Shown piece by piece: positions 1 through 9,683 of a DNA stretch of 64,000 bases. Both the position numbers and the translations under genes were made by a program. Each line of letters begins with the position of its first letter. Positions within the stretch are counted from its first letter, which is position 1. The DNA is from a virus (lineage: Duplodnaviria > Caudoviricetes): the IMG/VR virus record IMGVR_UViG_3300028840_001835; one strand, written 5' to 3'. Below the pieces are notes generated by a model that saw only the letters and a program-made list of their open reading frames with translations, had not been told where the DNA came from and did not search any database.

Positions 1-1237
1 TCTAAAAGAATTTGAGGAGCAGCTCAAGGCAGCAGCGACAAAAGGAGTTCCTGGACAACCAATGACAGCGGGCGGGCCAACGGGAACTAAGCAGATCAAA
101 GTACAGAAGAACATATTGATCTCATTTGTATCAGATGCCACGGGTTGTGGACATATTAGAAATGTGTTTCCAATGCAGTTTCTAAATTCCATATTCGCAA
201 AACAGGGTATGTTGAATACTATAATAACTCCGTTCTTTCTCACACAGCAAGAACTATTGGCAAGAGCACGAATGTTGTTCTTTCAAAGACAGATGACTCA
301 ACAACACTATAATACATTGAGTGTATATAAGAAATTTCAACCCAACCTGAAGTATACAATGGCATGGGACATGGATGATATGATTTGGGGTCTCAATGAG
401 GAGCAGGGTGGAACAAAGGAACATGGTGTTCCTACATATAACTTCGGTTCAAAGAACATAACCAAGGAGGTCAAGAAATGGTCAATCCGGGTGATGGAAC
501 TTATGGATGTATGTACATTTAGTACACAGTTTCTTGCTGACTATGCTAAGAATGAATTGAAGGTCAAGGCCCCGTGCGTGGTTGTACCAAATTCCGTATC
601 TCAATTCTTTTGGGGCGAGGATCTTAGACCAATGCCAACGGCAGAGGAACTAAAGAAACCGCGGGTGATATATACAGGCTCACCGACTCACTATCACAAT
701 CAGAGAAAGAAATTAGGTGATTGGGATAACGCCTGGAGAGCATGGGTCACCGAGTCCGTCAAGGAGGATAAGATACATTTTATTTGTCTTGGTGGGCTAC
801 CATGGTTCTTTGAAAATATAAAGGATAAGATTCAGATCGAGCAATGGGTGGACTCGTTCAGATATCATACATTGGTCAAGAGGTGCAAGGCCCATATCGG
901 TGTTATGCCTCTGGTACCAAATGATTTCAACTATAGTAAATCTGACATCAAGTACATCGAGCATTGTGCAGACGGGGTCCCTGCAATCGGGACAGTCTTT
1001 GAAAACGGAAAGCCATCACCCTATGATGACATTGAATTGAAGGTACCCAATACATGCACCGTAGAGGATATTAATAAAATTGTTGATGAACTTAAAGATC
1101 CTGAATATTATAAATCAGTTCGTGATACTCAGAGAAAGAAATTGGATGATGATGGAAGATGGCTTGAGTCGATTCAGTATGTGAATTATTGGAAAAATCT
1201 TTTACAAAATCCAAAATTCTCACCCATCAAAAAATAA
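1..1237 (+). CDS. Glycosyltransferase (GT-B fold-like), 5' end probably outside window
   Basis: Frame is open from the window edge to the ATG at 62. AWDMDD acidic motif, PNSV, YTGSPTH and the C-terminal PLVPNDFNYSKSDIKYIE segment are typical of phage GT-B glycosyltransferases. Confidence 0.7.
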   Translation, partial: LKEFEEQLKAAATKGVPGQPMTAGGPTGTKQIKVQKNILISFVSDATGCGHIRNVFPMQFLNSIFAKQGMLNTIITPFFLTQQELLARARMLFFQRQMTQQHYNTLSVYKKFQPNLKYTMAWDMDDMIWGLNEEQGGTKEHGVPTYNFGSKNITKEVKKWSIRVMELMDVCTFSTQFLADYAKNELKVKAPCVVVPNSVSQFFWGEDLRPMPTAEELKKPRVIYTGSPTHYHNQRKKLGDWDNAWRAWVTESVKEDKIHFICLGGLPWFFENIKDKIQIEQWVDSFRYHTLVKRCKAHIGVMPLVPNDFNYSKSDIKYIEHCADGVPAIGTVFENGKPSPYDDIELKVPNTCTVEDINKIVDELKDPEYYKSVRDTQRKKLDDDGRWLESIQYVNYWKNLLQNPKFSPIKK

Positions 1238-1283
1238 CTTTAATAAATTTCTTTTCAAAGAATCTTTATTGAAAGGAAATTCA

Positions 1284-2207
1284 ATGAAAACTATAACCAA
1301 ATCGGACGTAGAAAAAGTCCAGAAAAAGATACCCTTCAGGAAGGATCTAAAGATCCTGAGTATAAGTCATTTTGGATGTATGGACGGAACAATATCCACA
1401 ATTCCATTATATAATGTGTTCAGGAACACGACCTTTATGAAGGCGAAGTACGGCAACATAGACGAGATCGTGAGGGGGATCGACTCAGAGAAGTTCGACA
1501 TGGTGATCCTTACCGATATATCGCCGCAAGATCCGGCGCTACTTGATCTTCATGATAACCTGGTGTTGATCGATCATCATGACACGGTGTCCGCCTGCCA
1601 CGACCCAGACAACATGAGATTTGTCTATCAAGATGAATGTGGTGGGACATTGACAAAGAAGTTCGTGAGCATGTATGCAGATGTCGATCTTGGTTACCTT
1701 GATGAGCTAACGCGGCTTGGGCAAGATTATGATCTATGGAATCTGGAGGACCCTCAGAGTCGAGAGTTGAATGAATTACATTTCAACTATTGGGAGGATG
1801 ATTTCGTAAAGCGATTTAAGAATGGTGACACCAAATTCACGAAAAAGGAAAAGGAATATATCGAATCAAAGAAGCAAGAATTTAATCTTGTATATGCCAA
1901 TCTTAATATGTGGGACATTGAAAATATCAATGCGTGTTTTGTTCTTGAAAACAAATTTGTTAATGAGGTGTGCACCAAGCTAATGGACGAGAAAGGGTAT
2001 GATCTTATAATATGTAAAAACCCAGCGAACTCGACATGCTCATTCAGAAGTAAACACCCCGATATACATATCGGTAACATACTTCAGGAGCTTGGGTTTG
2101 GAGGAGGTCATGCCAACTCAGGAGGTATGGCAGAAGAGGACATTATTAAATTTCAAGAAAAGATTGGCGAACTTGTAAATCATATTGAGAAAAACTATTA
2201 TAACTAA
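1284..2207 (+). CDS. DHH/DHHA1 phosphoesterase
   Basis: CMDG, ILTD, LIDHH and C-terminal SFRS...GGGHANSGG motifs; ATG 1284 follows an AAGGA RBS. Confidence 0.85.
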   Translation: MKTITKSDVEKVQKKIPFRKDLKILSISHFGCMDGTISTIPLYNVFRNTTFMKAKYGNIDEIVRGIDSEKFDMVILTDISPQDPALLDLHDNLVLIDHHDTVSACHDPDNMRFVYQDECGGTLTKKFVSMYADVDLGYLDELTRLGQDYDLWNLEDPQSRELNELHFNYWEDDFVKRFKNGDTKFTKKEKEYIESKKQEFNLVYANLNMWDIENINACFVLENKFVNEVCTKLMDEKGYDLIICKNPANSTCSFRSKHPDIHIGNILQELGFGGGHANSGGMAEEDIIKFQEKIGELVNHIEKNYYN

Positions 2208-2216
2208 GGAGATAAG

Positions 2217-2597
2217 ATGAAAGGGTACGGAAAAGAATTAATATTGGATATACATGAATGTGATGTATCCAAATTTAATAAAAAAGATATTGAAAAATAT
2301 CTCAAGGAGCTCTGTGAACTTATCGACATGGTACGAGAGGATCTTCATTGGTGGGAATATTCTCCAGAAACTCTTTCCCAAGAGGAGTATGATAAACTTC
2401 CACCTCACTTAAAAGGAGTTTCATGTTGTCAGTTCATACAAACCAGTAATATTGTAATTCATACACTTGAAGAATTGAAATGTGTTTATTTCAATATATT
2501 TTCATGTAAGAATTTTAAATCTGGAGACGCAGCAGAATTCACAAAGAAATTCTTTGGAGGCAAGATCGTAAACAAACATACAATATATCGAAAGTAA
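2217..2597 (+). CDS. speD: Pyruvoyl-dependent S-adenosylmethionine decarboxylase-like proenzyme (SpeD/SpeH class 1b)
   Basis: GKELILDIHEC, FIQTSNIVIHT (self-cleavage Ser region, canonical ESH) and YFNIFSCK motifs; 126 aa. Confidence 0.75.
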   Translation: MKGYGKELILDIHECDVSKFNKKDIEKYLKELCELIDMVREDLHWWEYSPETLSQEEYDKLPPHLKGVSCCQFIQTSNIVIHTLEELKCVYFNIFSCKNFKSGDAAEFTKKFFGGKIVNKHTIYRK

Positions 2598-2607
2598 GGA
2601 GGTACAT

Positions 2608-2802
2608 ATGCCGTGGCTATTAAATCTATGGGACAAGACAAAAAACGTTGCTCAGTTCATTGATGAATTTTCTGATTTCATTGATGCATTTCTTGAAGCA
2701 ATAAAGGATAAGAAAATCACCAAGGAGGAGAGAAAAGAATTGGTGAAGAAGGCGTTGGACACCGCACTTGAGGTTATCAAAGACTCCGTGAAAAACAAAT
2801 AA
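2608..2802 (+). CDS. Small hypothetical protein
   Basis: GGAGG RBS; abuts the polymerase start. Confidence 0.6.
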   Translation: MPWLLNLWDKTKNVAQFIDEFSDFIDAFLEAIKDKKITKEERKELVKKALDTALEVIKDSVKNK

Positions 2803-5390
2803 TGTTCAAAAGTGTATATTACGACTTTAAGACCAAGAAGATTCACCTATGGGAAACCTTCAATGGTAAGACAAGTAAGCTAGTTGAGGACTATACATAC
2901 GAGTATTATGCTTCTGATGACTCTGGAACTTCACATATAAGGGATGTATATGGAAATCCAGTAAAGCTCCAGACAACCAGAGATAAGAAACGAATAGAAT
3001 CCCTCAAGGAAGCAGGGGTCAACCTCTGCGAATCTGATCTGCAAGAGTCGATTTGTTTTCTTCAGAAAAGATACAAGGGAGTTGAACTAGACCCCAAGGT
3101 CGAGGATTTTGATATAGCCTATATGGATATTGAGGTTGCGGGAGATGATGAATTTCCAGAACCCGAAAAGGCATTATATCCAATCAATCTAATTACAATC
3201 ATTTCCTCAAAGACGGGCGAGACCCATACATGGGGAACGTCGGAATATACAGGTGATTCTAAACTTGTAAAAAACTATACATACATTCCAGATGAGAAAC
3301 GAATGCTTGAAAACTTCATTCGCTGGATGCGAAAAAGAAAGTTTGATATCATCTCTGGATGGAATGTAGAACAGTTTGATATACAAACCATTCTCAGGCG
3401 CTGTCTTGCGCATGGAATAACAGTGTCCCTTTCGCCAATCAACAAGGTGACATATAAGAACACAGAGAATAAAGGTAAGAAAAACTTTTATTGTAATATT
3501 GCCGGTCTAGTTATACTTGACATGATGAAATTATATAAAAATTTCACCTACGACCAGCTTGCGTCTTATTCATTAAACTTTGTTGCCCTTGAGGAAGAGG
3601 TCGGAGGAAAGCTAGAACTAGAGGGACATATTAATGATGTATATAAGACAGATTGGAATAGATTTGTCGAGTATAATATAGTAGATACACAGCTCTGTGA
3701 AAGAATTGAAAACAAGAAAAAGTTTATTGAATTATCATTGAAGATTGCCTCTCAGTCCCTTATTCCAATTGACAAGGTTTACTCGTCAGTCGCAATAACA
3801 GAGGGATACATGCTAAAACTTCTTCATTCGAAAAACATGGTCATGCCCGATAGAAAGACCGTTAAGACAGATATGTGGAAGGAGTTGGGCTTATGGAAAC
3901 ATGGTGACGAACTTCAAAATGTAAAGTATGAAGATGGTGAAAAAGATTTTGAAGCATTTGCCGTCAAGGGGGCTCATGTTGCTGCAACCCCTGGGCTATA
4001 TAAATCATTAGTTGGCGAGGATATTGAATCCTTGTATCCAAGAACGATTCAGATGTTCAACATTAGTCCAGAGACAAAAGTATTCAATCCGACGGTTGAG
4101 CAAATTGAAAATGAAGATTTAATTAAGTCACCAATCAATGGTGTATATTATAGAAGAAAGAAGGGAGTTCTTCCCGCAGCGGTTGAGAGCGTGTTTACTG
4201 AGAAGCAAGAGTTTGAACGACTTGCTGAAGAGGCAGAGAATAGTGGCGACAAGGAACTTGCCAAGTTTTATAAATCTCAGAGACATATAAGAAAGATTAT
4301 GATCAATGCTATGTATGGGGTGCTCCTTAACAAGTTCTTCCATTTCTATGATGTTGATAATGCCAGAGTCGTGACCCGACATGGTAGAAAAATAATTCAA
4401 TTCATCGCAAGTACAACCAACAAGTATTTTAGAGAGATCGTTCCAAAACTATTGCCAACTTTCTTTCCGGGGTGTCCTGCCATTACCATTGATGAAGATG
4501 TGGTAAAGATTATAGACACTGATTCAAACTACATATGCCTTGATAACATTAAGAAGGCGATTGCCCCTAACATGGGTCTGATTGAATTTGCGACTATAAT
4601 TGAGCAAAACATACTTGAACCTTTTTATGAAAATATACTCGACATATGGGCTAAGAGGTTTGGTACTGAACAGATGATCAATATAAAACGAGAGGGAATT
4701 ATAATCAAGCAGTTCTGTCTAGCCAAGAAGAAATATCTTTCACTGCTCGCTGCTAACAAAGGAGTCGTGTTTAAGAAACCCGAGTTAGAGATTAAGGGCG
4801 TTGAGATAAAGAGAAGTGATACCCCTACATTTTGTCGAGATAAAATTGAGAAGGTGGTGGACTGTCTATTTGAAGGGGAAGACCCAGATAAGGATAAAGT
4901 TATAGCTCTATTAAAATCAATTAAAAAAGAATTCAAGAAACAACGACTACCAGATATAGCCTTTAACAAGGGCGTGTATGGGTTCATGAAGTATTCAGAG
5001 CCAATTGAAAAGACATTGAAACGTGGATTCATCAAGATTAAAAAGAGTACACCGATGCACGTTCGTGCGTCCATGTATTATAACTTCTTAATTGAGGAGA
5101 ACAAACTTGGATACATGAAAGTCTCTGATGGGACAAAAATCAAATACATACATACAAATCCAAAGAACAGGTTCGATACAGACACCATAGCATTCATAGG
5201 CAATTGGCCAACGGAGTTTGATGATATATTTGAGATTGATTATGATTATCAATTTGAGAAATCATTTCTTGGTGTTATTCAAAGGATGTTTGATGTACTT
5301 AATTGGGGAAAGATAAATTTCAGGGCTGGAAGTTTGAATAAATTTCTAAAGTCCAGGAGAAAAAAAGTCCATGGAACCAAAGATAAATGA
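2802..5390 (+). CDS. gp43: Family B DNA polymerase (T4 gp43-like)
   Basis: ExoI DIEV, ExoII GWNVEQFD, ExoIII YNIVD; polymerase motifs DIESLYP, KIMINAMYG, DTDS, KKKY, KGVE. Confidence 0.97.
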   Translation: MFKSVYYDFKTKKIHLWETFNGKTSKLVEDYTYEYYASDDSGTSHIRDVYGNPVKLQTTRDKKRIESLKEAGVNLCESDLQESICFLQKRYKGVELDPKVEDFDIAYMDIEVAGDDEFPEPEKALYPINLITIISSKTGETHTWGTSEYTGDSKLVKNYTYIPDEKRMLENFIRWMRKRKFDIISGWNVEQFDIQTILRRCLAHGITVSLSPINKVTYKNTENKGKKNFYCNIAGLVILDMMKLYKNFTYDQLASYSLNFVALEEEVGGKLELEGHINDVYKTDWNRFVEYNIVDTQLCERIENKKKFIELSLKIASQSLIPIDKVYSSVAITEGYMLKLLHSKNMVMPDRKTVKTDMWKELGLWKHGDELQNVKYEDGEKDFEAFAVKGAHVAATPGLYKSLVGEDIESLYPRTIQMFNISPETKVFNPTVEQIENEDLIKSPINGVYYRRKKGVLPAAVESVFTEKQEFERLAEEAENSGDKELAKFYKSQRHIRKIMINAMYGVLLNKFFHFYDVDNARVVTRHGRKIIQFIASTTNKYFREIVPKLLPTFFPGCPAITIDEDVVKIIDTDSNYICLDNIKKAIAPNMGLIEFATIIEQNILEPFYENILDIWAKRFGTEQMINIKREGIIIKQFCLAKKKYLSLLAANKGVVFKKPELEIKGVEIKRSDTPTFCRDKIEKVVDCLFEGEDPDKDKVIALLKSIKKEFKKQRLPDIAFNKGVYGFMKYSEPIEKTLKRGFIKIKKSTPMHVRASMYYNFLIEENKLGYMKVSDGTKIKYIHTNPKNRFDTDTIAFIGNWPTEFDDIFEIDYDYQFEKSFLGVIQRMFDVLNWGKINFRAGSLNKFLKSRRKKVHGTKDK

Positions 5391-5601
5391 ACTGGAAATT
5401 ACTAAGTTAAGATTGGAGCCAGATGATGTATTGGTTGTTAGGGTTCATGGTAATTGTATAACAAAAAACAATCTACATCAAGTTCAGAAACAGTTTGCTG
5501 CGTTATTAAAAACCAACAATATTGTTGCCGTGTCTGAGGCCATTAGTCTTTGTGTTATTCAGAAGCCAATTTCGATTAAACCAGAACATATAGGAGTGTA
5601 G
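5371..5601 (+). CDS. Hypothetical protein
   Basis: 76-aa ORF in operon context. Confidence 0.6.
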   Translation: MEPKINELEITKLRLEPDDVLVVRVHGNCITKNNLHQVQKQFAALLKTNNIVAVSEAISLCVIQKPISIKPEHIGV

Positions 5602-5602
5602 G

Positions 5603-5941
5603 ATGGAGAATTTTAAATCTAGTGAATTGAAGGTTCGTTCAAATTTTGTCGTTGTGGCACCAATCGAAAAGGAAGACACCACAACCTCCGCCGGTATATT
5701 ACTCCCTGCAAATAAATTTGAACCGATAAAGATCGGAAAGGTTATAGCGATAGGCCCGGGTGGAAAAACAAAGAGCGGAAAGATAAGACCAATGACCGTA
5801 GAGGTTGGAGATAAAGTATTGTATAGCATGCATGATGGAGATAGTGCAAATAAGGTATTTAAGGTCGATGATAAAAAATGCTTCTTTATAAGGGAACGAG
5901 ACTTACTTTTAAGTCTAACAGATGAGCATACAATTCGTTAA
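5603..5941 (+). CDS. groES: GroES-like co-chaperonin
   Basis: Mobile loop TTSAGILLP, GKVIAIGPG, VEVGDKVLY, IRERDLL. Confidence 0.9.
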   Translation: MENFKSSELKVRSNFVVVAPIEKEDTTTSAGILLPANKFEPIKIGKVIAIGPGGKTKSGKIRPMTVEVGDKVLYSMHDGDSANKVFKVDDKKCFFIRERDLLLSLTDEHTIR

Positions 5942-6170
5942 AAGAGAACTGGTTGCACATGCGATGCACGAGGCCTGGTCTGGATGGATGGAATATCTAT
6001 TTAGTAAATGCGAGATCGATTCGGTCACTGGTCGAATAACAATTCCTAAACGATATGTCAAGAGATGGAAACGACAAATGAATACTTATTATAGAGACCT
6101 TAAAAGCTCCGAGAAGGAAAGCGATAGAATTGAGGCTGATAAGATTTTAAAACTAATAGATGGAGACTGA
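5922..6170 (+). CDS. RyR-repeat-like small protein
   Basis: AHAMHEAW...YRDLKSSEKESDR resembles the RyR domain pattern AxxxHxxW...YxxLxxxEKxxDR. Confidence 0.5.
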   Translation: MSIQFVKRELVAHAMHEAWSGWMEYLFSKCEIDSVTGRITIPKRYVKRWKRQMNTYYRDLKSSEKESDRIEADKILKLIDGD

Positions 6171-7215
6171 CATGAGAGAAGAAATTTATAAAAAGATAAT
6201 GAGAAACAAGAAGATCATGGACTTCGCCACAAGTGAAAACGAGGAGGCTGAGTTTCTCTCAACCGGTGTAATAGTTCTTAATCTTCTTTTTAGTGGACGT
6301 GTGGACGGCGGTATTCCCGTCGGAAAGGTGTCTCAGATCGCGGCACCATCAGGTCTTGGAAAATCATTTGTTGGACTGACCGCTCTTGCAAACGCACAAC
6401 GAAAAGGATTCTTTGGAATTGTGTTTGACACAGAGAACGCCTTTGATTTCAAATGGGCACAACGTATTGGTGTCGATACATCGCCAGAATCTCTTTTTGT
6501 ATATCAAGAGAACATGATCGAGGATGTTCGTCAGAAGTTTTTGGAGATGATGAAGGATCTCTCTATAGAGGAGCGAATGCATACATTCGTTCTACTTGAT
6601 AGTTATGGCGGACTTCTCACTTCAAAGACAATTGAAGATGCGGAAATTGGTAAAGATGTTGCAGACATGACAGAATCTAAGAAAAAGAATAGACTTGCCA
6701 AGATGCTCATGGGTAAAAAGATAACTGGGTTCGTGGTAAATCATGTATATGATAACATCAGCGGTTATGGAGATGCCTTTAAGATACCGGGCGGCCGGGG
6801 ACTTGAATTTTCCACATCATGTATAGTTCAGGGCAATAGTATGGCCAAAGAAAAGAATTCCCAGAAAGAAATTAGTGGAGCTATTGTCACCGCTATTACA
6901 AATAAATCCAGATTCGGCAAACGTTGGTCTAAACTTCAATATAGATTGAAAAACAATGGCGGGCTTGATGTATTCTATGGATTACTTCCAGATGCAATGG
7001 AACATGGTTGCGTGACTAGCCCCAATCAGGGTTGGTATGTAAGAGCCGGAGATGATCATAAGTATAGGGAGAAGGATATATATAATATAGAGTTCTGGCT
7101 TCCTATCTTTAAGGACACAGATTTTAAGAAACATCTTGAAGATAAATATTCGTTCAAATCAACAGAGATTGATGTGGCGAGTGTTGATATAAACGAGATG
7201 GTCTCGGAGGAATAA
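6160..7215 (+). CDS. uvsX: RecA/UvsX recombinase
   Basis: STGVIVLNLLFSG, Walker A AAPSGLGKS, FDTE, LLDSYG, NHVY, PGGRG. Confidence 0.95.
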   Translation: METDMREEIYKKIMRNKKIMDFATSENEEAEFLSTGVIVLNLLFSGRVDGGIPVGKVSQIAAPSGLGKSFVGLTALANAQRKGFFGIVFDTENAFDFKWAQRIGVDTSPESLFVYQENMIEDVRQKFLEMMKDLSIEERMHTFVLLDSYGGLLTSKTIEDAEIGKDVADMTESKKKNRLAKMLMGKKITGFVVNHVYDNISGYGDAFKIPGGRGLEFSTSCIVQGNSMAKEKNSQKEISGAIVTAITNKSRFGKRWSKLQYRLKNNGGLDVFYGLLPDAMEHGCVTSPNQGWYVRAGDDHKYREKDIYNIEFWLPIFKDTDFKKHLEDKYSFKSTEIDVASVDINEMVSEE

Positions 7216-8643
7216 TTGGATCCTTTATTATTTGAAAAATTAATAATTCAACTTCTGTTCAGAGATCCGAAGTCTAGGGAGAAGTTATTACCATTTCTTC
7301 GACCAGATATATTTGAGACCTTTGAGGTTAAAGAACTGATTTCCAATATATTATCCTTCTCAAACTCTCATAAAAAGTTTCCATCCATTGCAGAACTAAA
7401 AGTAGTAATACAAAATAAGGATGTGTATTCTTTTGTATCGAAAGAACTGGAGAAGGATTACAAGGAAGACTATGATGAAAATTTTATCAAAGGAGAACTT
7501 GAAACTTTTTTCAAGAATAAGATTTTCTATAATGAATTATATACCGCATTAGAGGCTCTAAAGAATGAGGATGAATCAGCAAAGAACGAGGCTCCTGATA
7601 AGTTAAGAGAAGCCTTGGCTTTTAATTTTGATACGGATATTGGGCTAGACTTCTTTGAGTCTGGGGATAAGCTCTTTGAATATCTCCACCACAAAGACAA
7701 TGTAATACCAACTGGTATCGACAGACTAGACAAATTAATCAAAGGAGGGTTTCACGAAAAGACTCTAACACTATTTATGGCGGAGACCAATCTCGGAAAG
7801 TCACTTGTCAAAATAGCCTTTGCGGCAAACTGTCTACTTCAAAATAAAAACGTGCTATACATCACATTGGAAATGGCCGAGGAAAAGGTCTCTGAGCGAA
7901 TCATGTCAAATGTATTTGACTTCAATATAAATGATCTTCAATCAATACCCAAGGTTAGATTTCTCAAAAAGTTTGACGTTATGAGAGAGAAGATTTTAAG
8001 TAAAATTATTATTAAAGAGTTTCCAACCCGTTCTTCCAATACCAATAGAATAAGAAACTTGCTGAAGGAATTGGAGCTCAAAAAGAATTTTGTTCCGGAC
8101 ATTGTGTTTGTTGATTATCTTGGTATAATGTTACCCAATAGAATAAACAAGTCTTTCAATACCAACACGGAGCTCAAAGTAATCTCCGAGGAGTTGAGGG
8201 GCCTGGCGATGGAAAAAGGTATACCTATAGTATCATCCGTTCAGACCAACCGTGGAGGATTCTCTTCCGCAGAGATAGACTTAACAGATATTGCAGAGTC
8301 AATTGGAACTACCAACGCGGCCGATATTATCTTTGGTATAACCCAAACTCCAGAAATGCGAGCAATTGATCGTTTCTGTTTTATACTTCTTAAAAATAGG
8401 TTTGGACTAAATAGACTTAAATGTTCAGTCGGTGTCACCTATGATAAGATGAGATTATATGATGTGGTGGATGATGATGAGGACGAGCAACCGACGAGTG
8501 TTGGAGTGAGTCATGGTAAACCATCCACCCCACCGGGGACCAAATCGACCGAGCTGGTAGACGAAGCGGCAGCTGGAGTATTAAAAACATTCAAACAAAA
8601 TAGGAAGACCGAGAAGAAGAAAATCTTGGACGTAAATATGTAA
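7216..8643 (+). CDS. gp41: Replicative DnaB-like helicase (gp41)
   Basis: TTG start after GGAGG; IPTG, AETNLGKS, YITLEMAE, IKEFP, VDYLGIM, QTNRGG, KNRFG. Confidence 0.95.
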   Translation: MDPLLFEKLIIQLLFRDPKSREKLLPFLRPDIFETFEVKELISNILSFSNSHKKFPSIAELKVVIQNKDVYSFVSKELEKDYKEDYDENFIKGELETFFKNKIFYNELYTALEALKNEDESAKNEAPDKLREALAFNFDTDIGLDFFESGDKLFEYLHHKDNVIPTGIDRLDKLIKGGFHEKTLTLFMAETNLGKSLVKIAFAANCLLQNKNVLYITLEMAEEKVSERIMSNVFDFNINDLQSIPKVRFLKKFDVMREKILSKIIIKEFPTRSSNTNRIRNLLKELELKKNFVPDIVFVDYLGIMLPNRINKSFNTNTELKVISEELRGLAMEKGIPIVSSVQTNRGGFSSAEIDLTDIAESIGTTNAADIIFGITQTPEMRAIDRFCFILLKNRFGLNRLKCSVGVTYDKMRLYDVVDDDEDEQPTSVGVSHGKPSTPPGTKSTELVDEAAAGVLKTFKQNRKTEKKKILDVNM

Positions 8644-8644
8644 T

Positions 8645-9046
8645 ATGAAATTAGGCGATATACAACACATCATAGACAAGCGATTGGAGGAGACTGTTCT
8701 CAAACAAATAAGTAAAGAGACCTTCTTTGGAATCATTGATGAATCAGGAATCGATCTTGATCGATTATCCTCAAAAAGAAAGAAGAATGACTATCTGCCT
8801 TTTCATGAATTTAATTTCATTTTAAAAGAACTTCATAGATCAAAAAGGATTGATATAGCAGAGTCTGCTATATATCTAGAGACAGAAATGTTCACGGTGA
8901 AGGAATTATTGGCGTGTCTCAATGAGGAGAACCTTTACGAACTAAGGGTATCTCTTGCTGAGAGGAATAATATACCACTGAAACATTCGACCCTTGATTT
9001 GTTCCTTTATCCAAAAAAGAAAAGACCAAAAAAGAGGGAACGGTAG
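8645..9046 (+). CDS. Possible late-transcription coactivator (gp33-like)
   Basis: Sits directly before gp59- and gp32-like genes (T4 33-59-32 synteny); weak helical similarity only. Confidence 0.35.
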   Translation: MKLGDIQHIIDKRLEETVLKQISKETFFGIIDESGIDLDRLSSKRKKNDYLPFHEFNFILKELHRSKRIDIAESAIYLETEMFTVKELLACLNEENLYELRVSLAERNNIPLKHSTLDLFLYPKKKRPKKRER

Positions 9047-9071
9047 TGAGTCCATTTCTTATATTTGATAC

Positions 9072-9683
9072 ATGAACAAACTAATGGTATTTAGCACCTT
9101 CCAGAATGTTAAGTCGTATTTTGAGAAGGGTAAGGATATAGATTTTAATTCGAGAGTCAGTACCATCTGGCTTAATAGAAGTCCAGATTATGTAAAGGGC
9201 TACTGTGAGAAAATTGTTCGATACATAAACAATGGACATTTTGATCTTCAGGATTTTAAGATATATCTTTTGTATCATTTCATATTCAACGACCGGTTAT
9301 ATTGGAAGGATGTAAAGGTCACCGAGATTCAGAGAATAAGCACTCTTTTCACTGAGAAAAACCTCCGAAAAGAAGAGGCGTTTATGCTGGAATTGGCCAA
9401 GAAATTAAAGATTAAGAATATAAATACTTACTACAAGACCAACTCCGACGGCAACAATATTTTGCTTGATTTGATCTTGAAAGGTATGATCTCGCCCCTG
9501 TTCTATATAGTAATGTTTGAGCATGGATGGGATGAATCCGAGAACAAGTATGATGTATCTAATCAATTAATAAAGCTAAACAATATAACTAAACTTATAC
9601 TAAACCGAAAAGGAGAAAGAAGATGGCTAAAAGCACGACTAAATCAAAATCAAAGAGAAGGAAATTCGACTGGTCCGCAATAA
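9072..9683 (+). CDS. Probable helicase loader (gp59-like)
   Basis: 203 aa, immediately upstream of gp32; aromatic/basic composition and size match gp59. Call rests mostly on synteny. Confidence 0.55.
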   Translation: MNKLMVFSTFQNVKSYFEKGKDIDFNSRVSTIWLNRSPDYVKGYCEKIVRYINNGHFDLQDFKIYLLYHFIFNDRLYWKDVKVTEIQRISTLFTEKNLRKEEAFMLELAKKLKIKNINTYYKTNSDGNNILLDLILKGMISPLFYIVMFEHGWDESENKYDVSNQLIKLNNITKLILNRKGERRWLKARLNQNQREGNSTGPQ

